Positions 40,293-57,730 of a stretch of DNA of 64,000 bases are shown one piece after another (position 1 is the stretch's first letter; every line of letters begins with the position of its first letter). Under the pieces are notes generated by a model. That model had not been told where the DNA came from, searched no databases, and was given only the letters and a program-made list of their open reading frames with translations. The DNA is from the human T2T-CHM13v2.0 reference genome, Homo sapiens: the NCBI RefSeq assembly GCF_009914755.1, contig NC_060925.1; one strand, 5' to 3'. Position numbers and translations under genes: made by a program.

Positions 40293-40451
40293 TAATTTTT
40301 AAATTTTTTTGTAGACTGGGTCTTGCTATGTGATCTAGACTGGCTTTGAACTCCTGGCCTTAAGCAATCCTGCTGTCTTGGCAAAGTGCTGGGATTACAG
40401 GTGTCAGCCACCATGCCTGGCCTAAGCTCCATATTTTAAAAATTTTCATAA

Positions 40452-40634
<183 letters not shown>

Positions 40635-40842
40635 TAGAGACAGGGTTTCACTATGTTGCCCAGGCTGGTCTGAAATTCCTAGGCTCAAGTGATCTGCCCT
40701 CTTTGGCCTCCCAAAGTGTTAGGATTACAGTTGTGAGCCACTGCGCCCAGCCTCATGTAGCTTCTTGAGATAAGGTAACTGCCAATTAAATTTTGAGGCC
40801 TTCCATGTTTGAAAATGTCTTATCTTTACACTTGATTCATAG

Positions 40843-41187
<345 letters not shown>

Positions 41188-41326
41188 TGATCTGCCCGCC
41201 TCAGCCTCCCAAAGAATTTCTCATCTATTCTATATGATTCTCATTCTCATTCTCTCTCTCTCTCTCTTTCTCTCTTTTCCTGTCCTCTATGGGAAAGTTT
41301 TAGAATCTTTATCCTTGGTGTTTTGA

Positions 41327-41539
<213 letters not shown>

Positions 41540-41955
41540 TAATAGAGACAGGGTTTCACCATGTTAGCCAGGATGGTCTTGATCTCCTGACCTCGTAATC
41601 TGCCCAAAGTGCTGGGATTACAGGCATGAGCCACTGTGCCTGGCCCTCTGTGTACTTTTTAAAAGGCCTTTCTTGTTTGTTTTGGACATCTGATAGGCTC
41701 TTTCAATATGGGAAATTTTCTTGTATTCTTTCTTTGATGTTTCTTCCCCATCTTTTTTCCCTCCTTCTCTTCCTACAACATCCACTAACTAGACAATTGA
41801 TCTGCTGGATTGATCTGCCAATTTTTCCTTTTTCTTAGTTTTATCTCTTTGATTTTTTTTCTGCTGTTTTTATTATTTCCCTTGCTTTTTCTTCTGAATT
41901 TTCTTTTTTTCTTTTTTCTTTCTTTTTGAGATGGAGTTTTGCACTTGTTGTCTAG

Positions 41956-42297
<342 letters not shown>

Positions 42298-43513
42298 TAG
42301 TTCTCTGCGAATACTGATTATAGTATTTTTCTATTTTTTATTAAAGATAGGGTCTTTTTCTCTCATCCAGGCTGAAGTACAGTGGCACAATCATATTTCA
42401 TTGCAGCCTTGAATTTCTAGGCTCAAGCAATCCTCCCGCCTTAGTGTCCCAAGTAGCTGGGACTGCAGATGTGCACCACCATGCCTGGCTGATTATAGTA
42501 TTTTTGAAATTTTCTTCTGCTTCCAATATTATATCTGTTTCCATCCAGTTCTTTTCCTTTCTTTTTTTCCCCCCATCTGTCTTTGATTTTGGAGGCTTTC
42601 TTCAAATTTCTGATATATGACTGCCTATTCATATTTAAGGGTAAAGCACTAAAATGCTCATTGAAAGCTCTTTGGATGGTCTAGATTTGTTGACTGGTAG
42701 ACTTCCCTGTAGGGTAATTGTTATCTACCTGGACTTTTGTTGGGGTACCTGAAATGACGGTGTTTTGGTAGGTGTTTTTTCGAGTCATTTACTTTAGAGA
42801 AAAATCCTCCAAGTTCCTTCATGGAGGATATGAGTCTAGTGCCAGTGTACTGAGAACAAATTCGGGGAAGGGCATATCGTTAAGGAGGGAAGAGACAAAA
42901 AACAGAGGACTTGGTTGAAAGTCAGTAAACCAAGCATAATAAGGTGAAGTCTTGCTTCCTGAAACATATTTCAGGCCAGTTGCAGTGGCTGACACCTGTC
43001 CCCAGTACTTTGGGAGGCCGAGGAGGGAGAATCACTTGAGCCCAGCGGTTCGAGACCAGCTCTGGTAACATAGGGAGACTTCCTCTCTACAAAAATAAAA
43101 CGAGGAAAAAAAAAAGAAACATGTTTCAGGTCTGTGTCTGTGTAATACAAAGATGACTGCAGCCTACAGTAAGAAATCCAGAGACTGAAGGCTATAGCTT
43201 TAGGGATCTGATATGGATCGCAGAGTATTAGTATAACATCAGCTGACATTTTATTGAGTGCCTACTTTGCATGTGGCTTACATGTTATTTCATCTAATTC
43301 TCTACAACAACTTCGTGAGGTAGGTATTATGTGTATTTTACAGATGAAAACATTGTGGCTTAGAGAGGGTAACTTTTCCCAAGATTGCACAGCTAATAAA
43401 TAGGACATAGCATGAGTTCCATTCCAGGTTTGTTTGACTTTGTAGCTCATACTTGTAAGAATTATGCAATCAACTAGAACTTTCCAATATGTAATAGCAT
43501 TTTAAAAAGTATA

Positions 43514-43844
<331 letters not shown>

Positions 43845-44742
43845 CTACTTCTTTATTTACCAAAAAATTATCCAAAATCTAAATGCAAGAGGTCTGAGGT
43901 CATTGTGCCTGGGCTTACACTATATTGCTCTGCCATTATTTAGCTGTGTAACCTTAGGCAATTTACCTAACCACTCTGAGTTTTGTTTTCCTCATTTCTG
44001 AAAGTGAGGCATGCCAGTTTCTTTCATTAAATTTTAACTTCCACTAAAAGAAGTTAACTTTAATTAAAAATCTGTACTCATAGGAAAGGAAAGCTGTTGG
44101 TGAATTGAGAACCCTGCCACAAAAGCTGTTGATGCATGAGAACTAGAACATTACACAGTCAACAAATAGCATAGGGAAGGGCATGGAGCTCTGTAAAGCC
44201 GATAGGCCAGGATTCTGGCATTCTGCTTCATTATCATATTTGGTCAACTTTGAGCTATTATTGTAAGCTTTTACATTCTTATTATTTTTTGTTTTTCTCT
44301 GAATATGAAATGGTTTCCTCGGGATTCTGGAGATTGGAAAATGTTTAACGTTGCTATTCTGACTTGAAAGGCAACATGTGTGTGGATATCAGACATCCCA
44401 AATTAGAGCTAGGGGCTTTGGCATAGATACTAGAATAGGAACTAAACAATACTCTTTTTTTCTCTAGTTCTCATTCAAATCTGCTTAATGAATGAACCTA
44501 AGCCTTTGCTTAGGATAAAAAGTAATTGAAATTTAAGTGCTTTATTTTTAAGTTGTGCCCTGATATATTTGCATGGGATACAAAGTTATAGCAGTATGCA
44601 AATCTGGGACATGGGAGTCTAAAAATAATCTTGAAACAGTAGCTTGTAAATTCTCTGTACGTTCATTGATTTAGTTTCAAATAACATGTACAGTCAGGAA
44701 GGACATAGCAGTGAGATGTAATACTGTGTTCTTCCATTGCAG

Positions 44743-44855
44743 TGGGTAATTCCAGAATTGATTGGCCATACCATTGTCACTGTATTACTGCTCATGTCAT
44801 TGCACTGGTTCATCTTCCTTCTCAACTTACCTGTTGCCACTTGGAATATATATCG
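44743..44855 (+). CDS. CNIH4: CNIH4 exon 3 ([37 protein letters not shown] + 2 nt)
   Basis: ttcttccattgcag| acceptor and CG|GTGAGT donor. 113 nt. Hydrophobic TM segments with the cornichon LLNLP motif. Confidence 0.97.
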
Positions 44856-44890
44856 GTGAGTATAGTTTGTTTACTTTGGTGTCAAGGTAG

Positions 44891-45347
<457 letters not shown>

Positions 45348-45399
45348 TAGGATTCAGGTGCCTGCCACAGTGCCTGGCTAATTTTTGTATTTTTAGTAG

Positions 45400-45537
<138 letters not shown>

Positions 45538-45540
45538 TAG

Positions 45541-45872
<332 letters not shown>

Positions 45873-46974
45873 TTATTTAATAAATTTAGGAAGTTTGTTC
45901 AAAATGAGCTCAATGGAAACCCTGAAGTATATAATTTTATAGTTGGGTTATTAGACATAGCATACTTTCTTGTGAAGACCGCTGGGATAATCTTGACAAG
46001 CCTGTAATTGTTATATTAGTGGGTTGCTGCTCTACTACATTTTTAGGTTTTATTTCATTTTTATTTATGTCTAGTTTTTTGGGACAGGACCATTCATTGG
46101 CTGTTTTTTAAGTATGATGTTGTAAAGTGCAGTTAGAATAAAAAGAACAGAAAAAAATAAAGTAGGGTTTGGAGGAAGATGGGATGCACATGAAAAGATA
46201 ATGGCAGCAGTAGAGGTGAGGGAAGGAGTGGATATGGGGGAATGATTTTATAAAGGTCATGAAACTAGAATCTGAGTGAGGGAAAAGCTTTAAAATATCT
46301 GTGTCTCTTTTCTAGAGGGTGGGTACCCTGGGGTCGAATTTTTTGTTTTCTTTTTCATTTTTTAATATACTGAACATGGGTTCTGAATTTTTTTTTTTTT
46401 TTTAAGAGATGAAGTCTTGCTGTGTTGCTCAGGCTGGAATGCAATGGCTATTCACAGGCGTGATATAGTGCACTACAGCCTTGAACTCCTGGGCTGAAGC
46501 GATCTTCCCACCTCAGCCTCCTGGGCAGTTGGGACTGCAGGTGCACACCACCGCACCTGGCCTCTTTCAAGCTTAGTAGTACTCTCCCATGATCAGTTCC
46601 ATAGACCAACGCCCTAAAGTGAGCTCTGAGCTGGGAACACAGATTACTTGCACTTCTGCTGCGGGCTAGTCCCAGACAGACTTTTAGCACAGCTAAGTCT
46701 ACCTGTAGTTTCACTTAAGTGAAACACAACTTTGGGAGTGAGAATGGGGACTCGAATCTTTGAGAATGAGGATCTTAATGTTATACCAGACCATACTGTC
46801 AGTCATCTCTACTAGAAATGAAAACCTGCTAGAAGAGCCAGCTTTGGCATGGCTTCTTTGTAGATAGTGGTAAAAGGTTCTATGAAGTCAAGTCCAAAGA
46901 TTCTTTTTTTAGGCCGGGCGTGGTGGCCCATGCCTATAATCCCAGCACTTTAAGAGGCTGAGGTGGGTGGATTA

Positions 46975-47226
<252 letters not shown>

Positions 47227-47820
47227 TTAAATATAATTATAAAATAAAGACAAAGATCATGTATATTTATTGCCCTGGTAACTGCAGTGACAGGTTGGCT
47301 GTCTGCTGGTCACAAGTTTACCTTCTATTTAAAAAGGTTTAAAAAATCAACAGATAGATTATTTGCTATTTTCAGACCACTATACTTTATGCTGTTGGAG
47401 ATGAAGTACAGTAGTCCACAGGACAAAGAGGCAAAATACCTAGGAGTGGAATCACTGAGTCATATAGTAACTCTATATTTAACCTTTTGAGGGACTGCCT
47501 GAGTGTTTTCAGAAGCAGCTGCAACTTTTTTTTTTTTCGAGATAGAGTCTCACTCTGTTGCCTAGGTTGGAGTGCAGTGGCGTGATGTTTGCTTACTACA
47601 GCCTCGACCTCCTGGGCTCAAGCGATCCTCCCACCTCAGCCACCCAACGTGTTGGGATTACAGGTGTGAGCCAGTGTGCCCAGCCACAGCTGCACTATTT
47701 GACATTCCCATCAACTGTGTATTGGGGGTTCCATTTTCTCTACATCCTTGCCAACACTTTTTACTGTGTGTGTCTTTTTTTTTTTTTTTGATATCAAAAA
47801 AATACCAAAAACTGTCTTTG

Positions 47821-48157
47821 ATATTTTTTTCCTGCCCTAGTAGTATACAGCTGTAGAGTTCCCCTGCCTGTTATAAGCATTAATATATGTGCCTCAGCGA
47901 CCATCCCACTCATGGTCTTTGGGGAATCATACCACAGCTCTCAGCTACTTTTATCCAAATTGTGCTGATCTTTCTTGGCAATAAGTAATGTAGGTGTGAT
48001 GCTCATTCTCCAGTATGCTGAATGGTCTATTATGGTAAAGTTGTATCAGTCTTCTAGTTATAACGCACTGGAAGTAAGAATTAATATGAAAGATTGGCTG
48101 TCAGACACTGGAAGCCTTATATAGTCCTGTTTTAAATTATTCCTGTGTGTTTTAGAG
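47821..48157 (+). repeat. Local direct duplication, copy 1 (CNIH4 intron 3)
   Basis: Aligns to 50808-51150 with 12 substitutions and 2 indels by manual count. Confidence 0.95.
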
Positions 48158-48560
48158 ATGAGCGCAGTGGCTCACTTCTGTAATCCCAGCACTTTGGGAG
48201 GCCGAGGTGGGAGGATCACCTGAGGTCAGGAGTTCAGGACCATCTTGGCCAACACGGGGAGACCCCATCTCTACTAAAAATACAAAAATTAGCTGGGCAT
48301 GGTGGTGTTGGGCACCTGTAATCCCAGCTACTCCGCAGCCTGAGGCAGGAGAATTGCTTGAATCCAGGAGGAGGAGGTTGCGCTGAGCCGAGATCTTGCC
48401 ACTACACTCCAGCCTGGGCAACAGAGCGAGATTACGTCTAAAAATAATAATAATAATAAACTAAAAAAGTATAATTGGATCGTTTGTAACACAAAGGATA
48501 AATGCTTGAGGTAATGGATACCCCGTTTACCCTGATGTGATTTTTTTTTTTTTTTTTTGA

Positions 48561-48665
<105 letters not shown>

Positions 48666-49637
48666 TGAGTAGGTGGGATTACAGGCATGCGCCACCACGC
48701 CTGGCTAATTTTGTATTTTTAGTAGCAATGGGATTTCTCCATGTTGGTCAGGTTGGTCTTGAACTCAACCTCAGGCAATCCTCCCGCCTCGGCCTCCTGG
48801 AGTGCTGGGATTACAGGTGTGAGCCACTGTGCCCAGCCTTACCCTGATGGGATTAGTACACATTGCATGCCTGTATCAAAATCTCTCATATAACCCATAA
48901 ATATATATACCTACTGTGTACCCACAAAAATTAAAAATAAAACAAAAATACAAAAAGGAAAAAAAAGACAGCTAAGTAAGTGGTGGTAGGAAGAAAGACT
49001 GGACAAGGGTTTGATGGACTGGCTATGAAAGATGAGGAAGAGAGAAGTCCCAGTTGGGTAAGAGGAAGTTTTTAAGGACCACCAAGAAAATGGTGACACT
49101 CTTATTAGATAACCTAGAAATTAGACAAGGATGAGATGTTATCTGGATATTCAAATGAAAATACCCTCTATTCAGCTATAGTCGGGCTACTGGGGTTTTA
49201 AGGGAGAATTTCAGATTTGTGGAACTCAGAGAGTCCTTTGCATTTCAAAGAAGTGATAATTGAGAAGCTGTGTGACAACTAAGGTTGTACTAGAAGAAGC
49301 TTAGACGTGAGAGCAGGAAGAATTCATGGACAGTGCTAGGTTAGGACATATATGTTACACAGATGACACAGTCTGGATGTTGAAGCCCAGACACTTAAAT
49401 TCATTGATCCTCTCAAAGTAACCTAACTTCCTTAATTTCCCTGTTTCCATAATGAAGTTTCTAAGAACTTAATAAAATTGGTTTGGGTTTGAAGCCTTCT
49501 TTAACCTTTGTCTAATGGAAAAGGGCTGTAGATGTGACTGGTATGGTAGTTTTCTACAGATGAGTAAAAGGGTTTCAGTGCATAAAATATCCTTTTCTGG
49601 AATGTTACTGTATTTATTTTACAGGGCAGAAGATTAA

Positions 49638-49973
<336 letters not shown>

Positions 49974-50147
49974 TGAGGTGATCCACCTGCCTTGGCCTGC
50001 CAAAGTGCTGGGATTACCGGCATGAGCCACAGTACTGGGCCTGATTGGTTCACTTTTAAAAGTCGATTATTATTGGCTACTTATATTTGAATACTTATGC
50101 CTATGATTTGATTATCCTTCTAATGTGTGTATCCTTTAATTTATCAG

Positions 50148-50288
50148 ATACATTATGGTGCCGAGTGGTAACATGGGAGTGTTTGATCCAACAGAAATAC
50201 ACAATCGAGGGCAGCTGAAGTCACACATGAAAGAAGCCATGATCAAGCTTGGTTTCCACTTGCTCTGCTTCTTCATGTATCTTTATAG
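50148..50288 (+). CDS. CNIH4: CNIH4 exon 4 ([48 protein letters not shown])
   Basis: ttatcag| acceptor and AG|GTGAGT donor. 141 nt, symmetric phase 2-2. Cornichon FDPTEI motif. Confidence 0.97.
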
Positions 50289-50646
50289 GTGAGTTTAAAG
50301 TCCTGGTATTTTCCTAGATGCCATATTTGTTTTTGAAGGGTGAGATATTACTATACTATAGGATTTTGCATTGACATTGTGGAACTTTCGGGGATTATGT
50401 AAATTCCTTGTGGCTGTGTAGATTATTTATGTATGTCATTGAATCAGCTTTCTGTCTGAACTACAGTAGATCTACCCTGTTGCATCTTAGTTATGCCTTA
50501 GCTTTGAGGCTATCCACATGCTTAAAACAGGGCACGGTGACTTACGCCTGTAATCCCAGCACTTTGGGAGGCCGAGGAGGGCAGATCACCTGAGGTCGGG
50601 AGTTCGAGACCAGCCTGACCAACATGGAGAAACACCGACTCTACTA

Positions 50647-51150
<504 letters not shown>

Positions 51151-51406
51151 GTGAACATGCCACCTTTTCCTTTATCCATCATAGATGCATAGAATAGAGC
51201 AAAGGAGAAAAAAAAATTCCTGTGTATACGATTTGATTAAACCTTTGAAAAGCTAGAAGTCAGGCTTAACCTTTGTATCAAAGCTTTAATTAGATCATTT
51301 TTATTTTTTCTCCTAGGTAGAGTTTAATTTTTCACATAGGCATAAGGACTATTAGGAAAAACTTATGTTGAAGTAAACTTCCACCACTCAGAAAATTCTT
51401 GATTAG

Positions 51407-51744
<338 letters not shown>

Positions 51745-52475
51745 AAGATAGCAGTTTTTAAAAATTGCTATTTTTTTGAAATAGTTTAGAAGTCAGAACC
51801 ATTTTAGCCTCTTCCTGACAAAGCAGGCTTCCTAAAATCCCTTCACTGTGCTAAATCCACCCATTAGTGGATTAGATTAAAATTGGAGTTTAGATAGTTT
51901 TCTTTTCACCATTCATCTTATTTGCTTTTCTGTGTCTTAAAAACTAGATCAGAAAAAGCACACTGGTATCAGTTTCTGATTCTCATACCCTACCTCATTA
52001 CTAATATGCTTAGTTCTTAATCCAAGTATCAAAGATGATGAATAAGGAGCAAAAAAAGTTAATGATGAGAACATAATGATGCACCTATTCTTGTTTTTAA
52101 TACTTTTGTATCTTTACTGTCATATATGTTCCCTTATATTTGTTTCTGAAGAGACAAAAAACAAGCTGGAATTGGCTTAGCTAAGGTTATCCTTTCTTCA
52201 TCCTCCCCACCCCTGCGGTTTCATGCTGTTGGAAAGTAAACTAGAGCAGGCATCTCCTGGGGGCGGTGCTGTAGGTACAGCCCACGTAGTCATGCTTTGC
52301 GGAGTAAATTTAGGCTTGGAGGTATCTTGCTTAGTAGACTCAAAGTCTTAGGATTTAAAAATGTACATGAGTTTCTGAACTCTTAGTCGTAGAATTTAAA
52401 GTGGTGGGGAGTGGCTGGGCTCGGTGGCTCATGCCTGTAATCCCAGCACTTTGGGAGGCCGAGGTGGGTGGATCA

Positions 52476-52802
<327 letters not shown>

Positions 52803-53211
52803 TCATGTAACTGGTTTGCCTGGGCAGCTGTGTACTTCACTGGCTGTACAGTTTTCTTTTCTCTCTTCCCTTCCTTTCCCTTCCCTATCAGCCTGTCATT
52901 TTCAGCCACATTGCTATTACGTTACCCTTTGGTGTTACATATAGTTCAGAGGGTCAGAAGATGTCCTTGTAGCACTTTTCTCTTGGTTTTTGGTTGCTGT
53001 TTTTAAACAGTGGTTTTGCTATTACTACCAAGTCATTAGCTTTTGATTGCAGAGATTTTATGCTACTTGTCTTTGTATCTAACATCTGCCACACCTTGCC
53101 TAATACCTTGGACCTAGTTGACATTTCAGGACTTGTTGAATGGAGTTAAAGTTTTGAAAAAATGCTCATCTTCTTTAGAGAATGGGGGAATCTATGCTTT
53201 TGGTTTTTTGA

Positions 53212-53591
<380 letters not shown>

Positions 53592-54658
53592 TGATCTGAA
53601 AAGGGGATATTAATGATATTAATAGTACCTACCTCATCACATTTTAATGTGGGCTGAGATAATACATGTAAGACACTTGTTTATGCTGACCCATAGTAAA
53701 CTCTCAAAAATCTTTAAAAAATATTAGCTGCTATCATTAATTTTTACTGTGCATTGAGTACATTTAGTATGGTTGAATTTGGACAATTATTTATACCATA
53801 AGTGATGTAAGGATATTTTTGTGTATTTTAGGCATTTCATTTCAGCAGAGCAAGGCTGATCCCAGTATTTCAAAGGAAAGGATGGTTTTGTTATTGTTAA
53901 CTGTGTCAATTTTAGTGGCGTAGCATTTATTGGGTGACTGCTGTGTGTCAGACATTGTGTACAACATTGCAAGTGACACAGAGGAGCAGCACAGAACCCC
54001 TACGGTAAAAGCTTGGAACTTGGTAATTGCAGGCCCGGTTGCTAGTAGAACATGAAAGTGGTAATGCTTGGGCCCTGCTTTCATCTCAAGAGTGGCTCAT
54101 AGTCCAGTGGTAGAGACAACATGTAAGCCACAGCAGCAGGAAGAAGAGCTGTGGAAGGAGGCTGTGCAACTGCCCTGGGCTGAGAGGCCAGCTTCCCCAA
54201 CGAGGTGCCCTAGAGCCAATCACAAAACCTGAGTAAGAAGTTACTGCTTTGATGGAGTGGTGGGATGGGGAGAAGAGGTTCCAGGCATAGAACAGTATGT
54301 ATCTGGCTAGAGAATTTAAAGGTTTTTTTTCTGGACATAGGTGTTTTTTGTTTTGTTTTGTTTTTTTTTAACTGAGCTAGGTTGTTTTTGTTTTGTTTTG
54401 TTTTTATTTTTTTAACTATAGCCTAACATAGGTTTTAAGTTGTACTTCCCCCAACTCCCCACCCCCAGTCACTCTTTTTTAGTGAAAAAGTTTGGACATG
54501 AAAGATCCTAATATATTCTTTCCTTTGGGTATGAATGATTGTCTTTTACTCAAATGATTGTTCCTTTGTGAACCTTAGGGACGCAAGTCTGGACAAACCA
54601 GGCTCTGTAGGAACATTCCTGAGAAAACATTAGTGACATTCATTTCTTCTTTCCACAG

Positions 54659-54686
54659 TATGATCTTAGCTTTGATAAATGACTGA
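54659..54686 (+). CDS. CNIH4: CNIH4 exon 5 CDS (S-MILALIND-stop)
   Basis: tttcttctttccacag| acceptor; TGA at 54684-54686. Exons sum 69+69+113+141+28 = 420 nt = 139 aa + stop. Confidence 0.97.
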
Positions 54687-56280
54687 AGCTGGAGAAGCCG
54701 TGGTTGAAGTCAGCCTACACTACAGTGCACAGTTGAGGAGCCAGAGACTTCTTAAATCATCCTTAGAACCGTGACCATAGCAGTATATATTTTCCTCTTG
54801 GAACAAAAAACTATTTTTGCTGTATTTTTACCATATAAAGTATTTAAAAAACATGAATTGAGTTTCTGTAGATTTCTAGTTCTCAACTTTAGCCTGAACG
54901 CCAACACTTGAAGGTGTTTTTCATCCTCTGTATGTTGAAGGTGGTTATTTGTATGTAGGAACAGGACTGCCATCCCAGCTTTGCATGCCAAAGAAATAAA
55001 GAACACACTTTAAAGGGCAAACTGAAGAGATGAGCGAGCAAAGGTGCCCTTCAGGTCTACTGAAAAGTTAGAGTACAAAACAACACTGTTGATCTGGACA
55101 AAAGAAGAAAAATTACCCTTTTTGCTTGTGTTGTGACAACTTCATTTAATATGGTTTAAAGATTTATGAGACTGTCAGCTAAAAGTCTTTTCACAAGAAT
55201 GTCAACAGAGAATGGCATCTCAAAATATATATATTTCTTTGCACAATTTGTGAAACCTTATAAGCCATTTTCCCCAGGTACAATGTAGTTCCTGCTGATA
55301 GAAAGGAAATATTTTGTCAAGAGCTTTCATTTAAAAGCTACTACCTCCACAATCACCCCCAAACCCAGAAAATCCCCACTGGCTCTTGCCAGTCTGGTTT
55401 TCGTATTGCAGTTATTCCAATTGTATTTGATCTCCCTGATAACGTATTTTCATGGGTTTGGGTAGAAGATGCTAATCAGATTAGAAGCAGGAATAGTTAT
55501 TTGCTGTCTGTGAAATTGAGCCTTTTGGTGCGCCACGTGGTGCCAGATCAACACTTCTATCCCTCTGCACTGACCACGTTGTGAACTGGGAGACCAAATG
55601 CAAGCCATTTCATGGACATAGCAATATACAACCAAACTCTGTTCCTTGGAGTTATATTGTAAACTCTTGCAGGTGGGAGAGCAGTTCACCTCCTTAGCTC
55701 TGTTTGCCAGCTCTTACAGGGTAAAATAAACCTGGCAATTTATCCTCAGTCCTAGTTTGTGGTTTAATGTTGCTATCTTAAGCACTGGCATTTGGGCAAA
55801 ACATGACTGTGTTCTGTGGGAGAATCCAAAGGCATTATTCACTCTAGTTGAGATAGAATTGGGTGGCTAAACAGGGTGTGTGGTACCCAAAAGATTAAAT
55901 GTTACATGTCCTTTTAGTCCTTGACCAGGTCTAGCCTTGGCAGAAGCAAGGGAGCCACTAAGCCAAACTCCCTGTGCAGACAGACCATGTTTCAAGGCTG
56001 GAAGTAGTGCCCTGGCAACACACAAAAGGAACGGTGAAATGGTAGGCAAAGTGAACTTGGCTCTGCTGGCCTCTTTGGGGTCACAGAAATTGCTCCTTGT
56101 GGTAATCTTATATTTCTGTCAGGCACAGGGCCAAGAAGCTGTGTAACAGACATTACTTTGCTTGCATCTCTTTTTCATACCTTTTCCCTCTGAGGCAGCT
56201 TTTGCTTAGAAAACAGTCCCTTCACTCTGCCTTTCCTCCTAACTTCCTGTGCCTCTTCATGTTCTGCTCAAGCTTTTTAA

Positions 56281-57208
<928 letters not shown>

Positions 57209-57380
57209 TCAAAAACAATTTTTTTAGGGGCACTTCTACAAATCATGAAAGGGGGATAAAAGCACTGACTTTAAAAAGCCATGTTTAAGATGCTATAAAT
57301 GTTCTCCCCTTTTCATTGATTGGAGAGTTGTAGAGGACCTTAGAGATCATTTTGTCTAACTCCCTCATCCCAAAGATAAA

Positions 57381-57730
57381 CTGAGGCCTAGAGATCGTTC
57401 AGGGTGTTGTAACTGGGAACATCTGAATGCTGAGGCCTAGAGATCGTTCAGGGTGTTGTAACTGGGAACATCTGAATGCTGAGGCCTAGAGATCGTTCAG
57501 GGTGTTGTAACTGGGAACATCTGAATGCTGAGGCCTAGAGATCGTTCAGGGTGTTGTAACTGGGAACATCTGAATGCTGAGGCCTAGAGATCGTTCAGGG
57601 TGTTGTAACTGGGAACATCTGAATGCTGAGGCCTAGAGATCGTTCAGGGTGTTGTAACTGGGAACATCTGAATGCTGAGGCCTAGAGATCGTTCAGGGTG
57701 TTGTAACTGGGAACATCTGAATGCTGAGGC
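57381..57730. repeat. Perfect 49-bp tandem repeat (7 copies + 7 nt) within a MIR relic
   Basis: Unit CTGAGGCCTAGAGATCGTTCAGGGTGTTGTAACTGGGAACATCTGAATG at 57381, 57430, 57479, 57528, 57577, 57626 and 57675, all identical. Flanks ggaccttagagatcat...aaactgaggc and agtccagtgttctct resemble MIR. Confidence 0.95.

Noticed and set aside
47990-48110. Possible intronic snoRNA in the duplicated unit
   Set aside because: Only a degenerate box C (GTGATGC); the CTGA present in copy 1 is lost in copy 2; no terminal stem or H/ACA architecture seen.
57381-57730. CRISPR-like array
   Set aside because: Units are contiguous and identical with no unique spacers, there are no cas genes, and the context is primate; it is a minisatellite.
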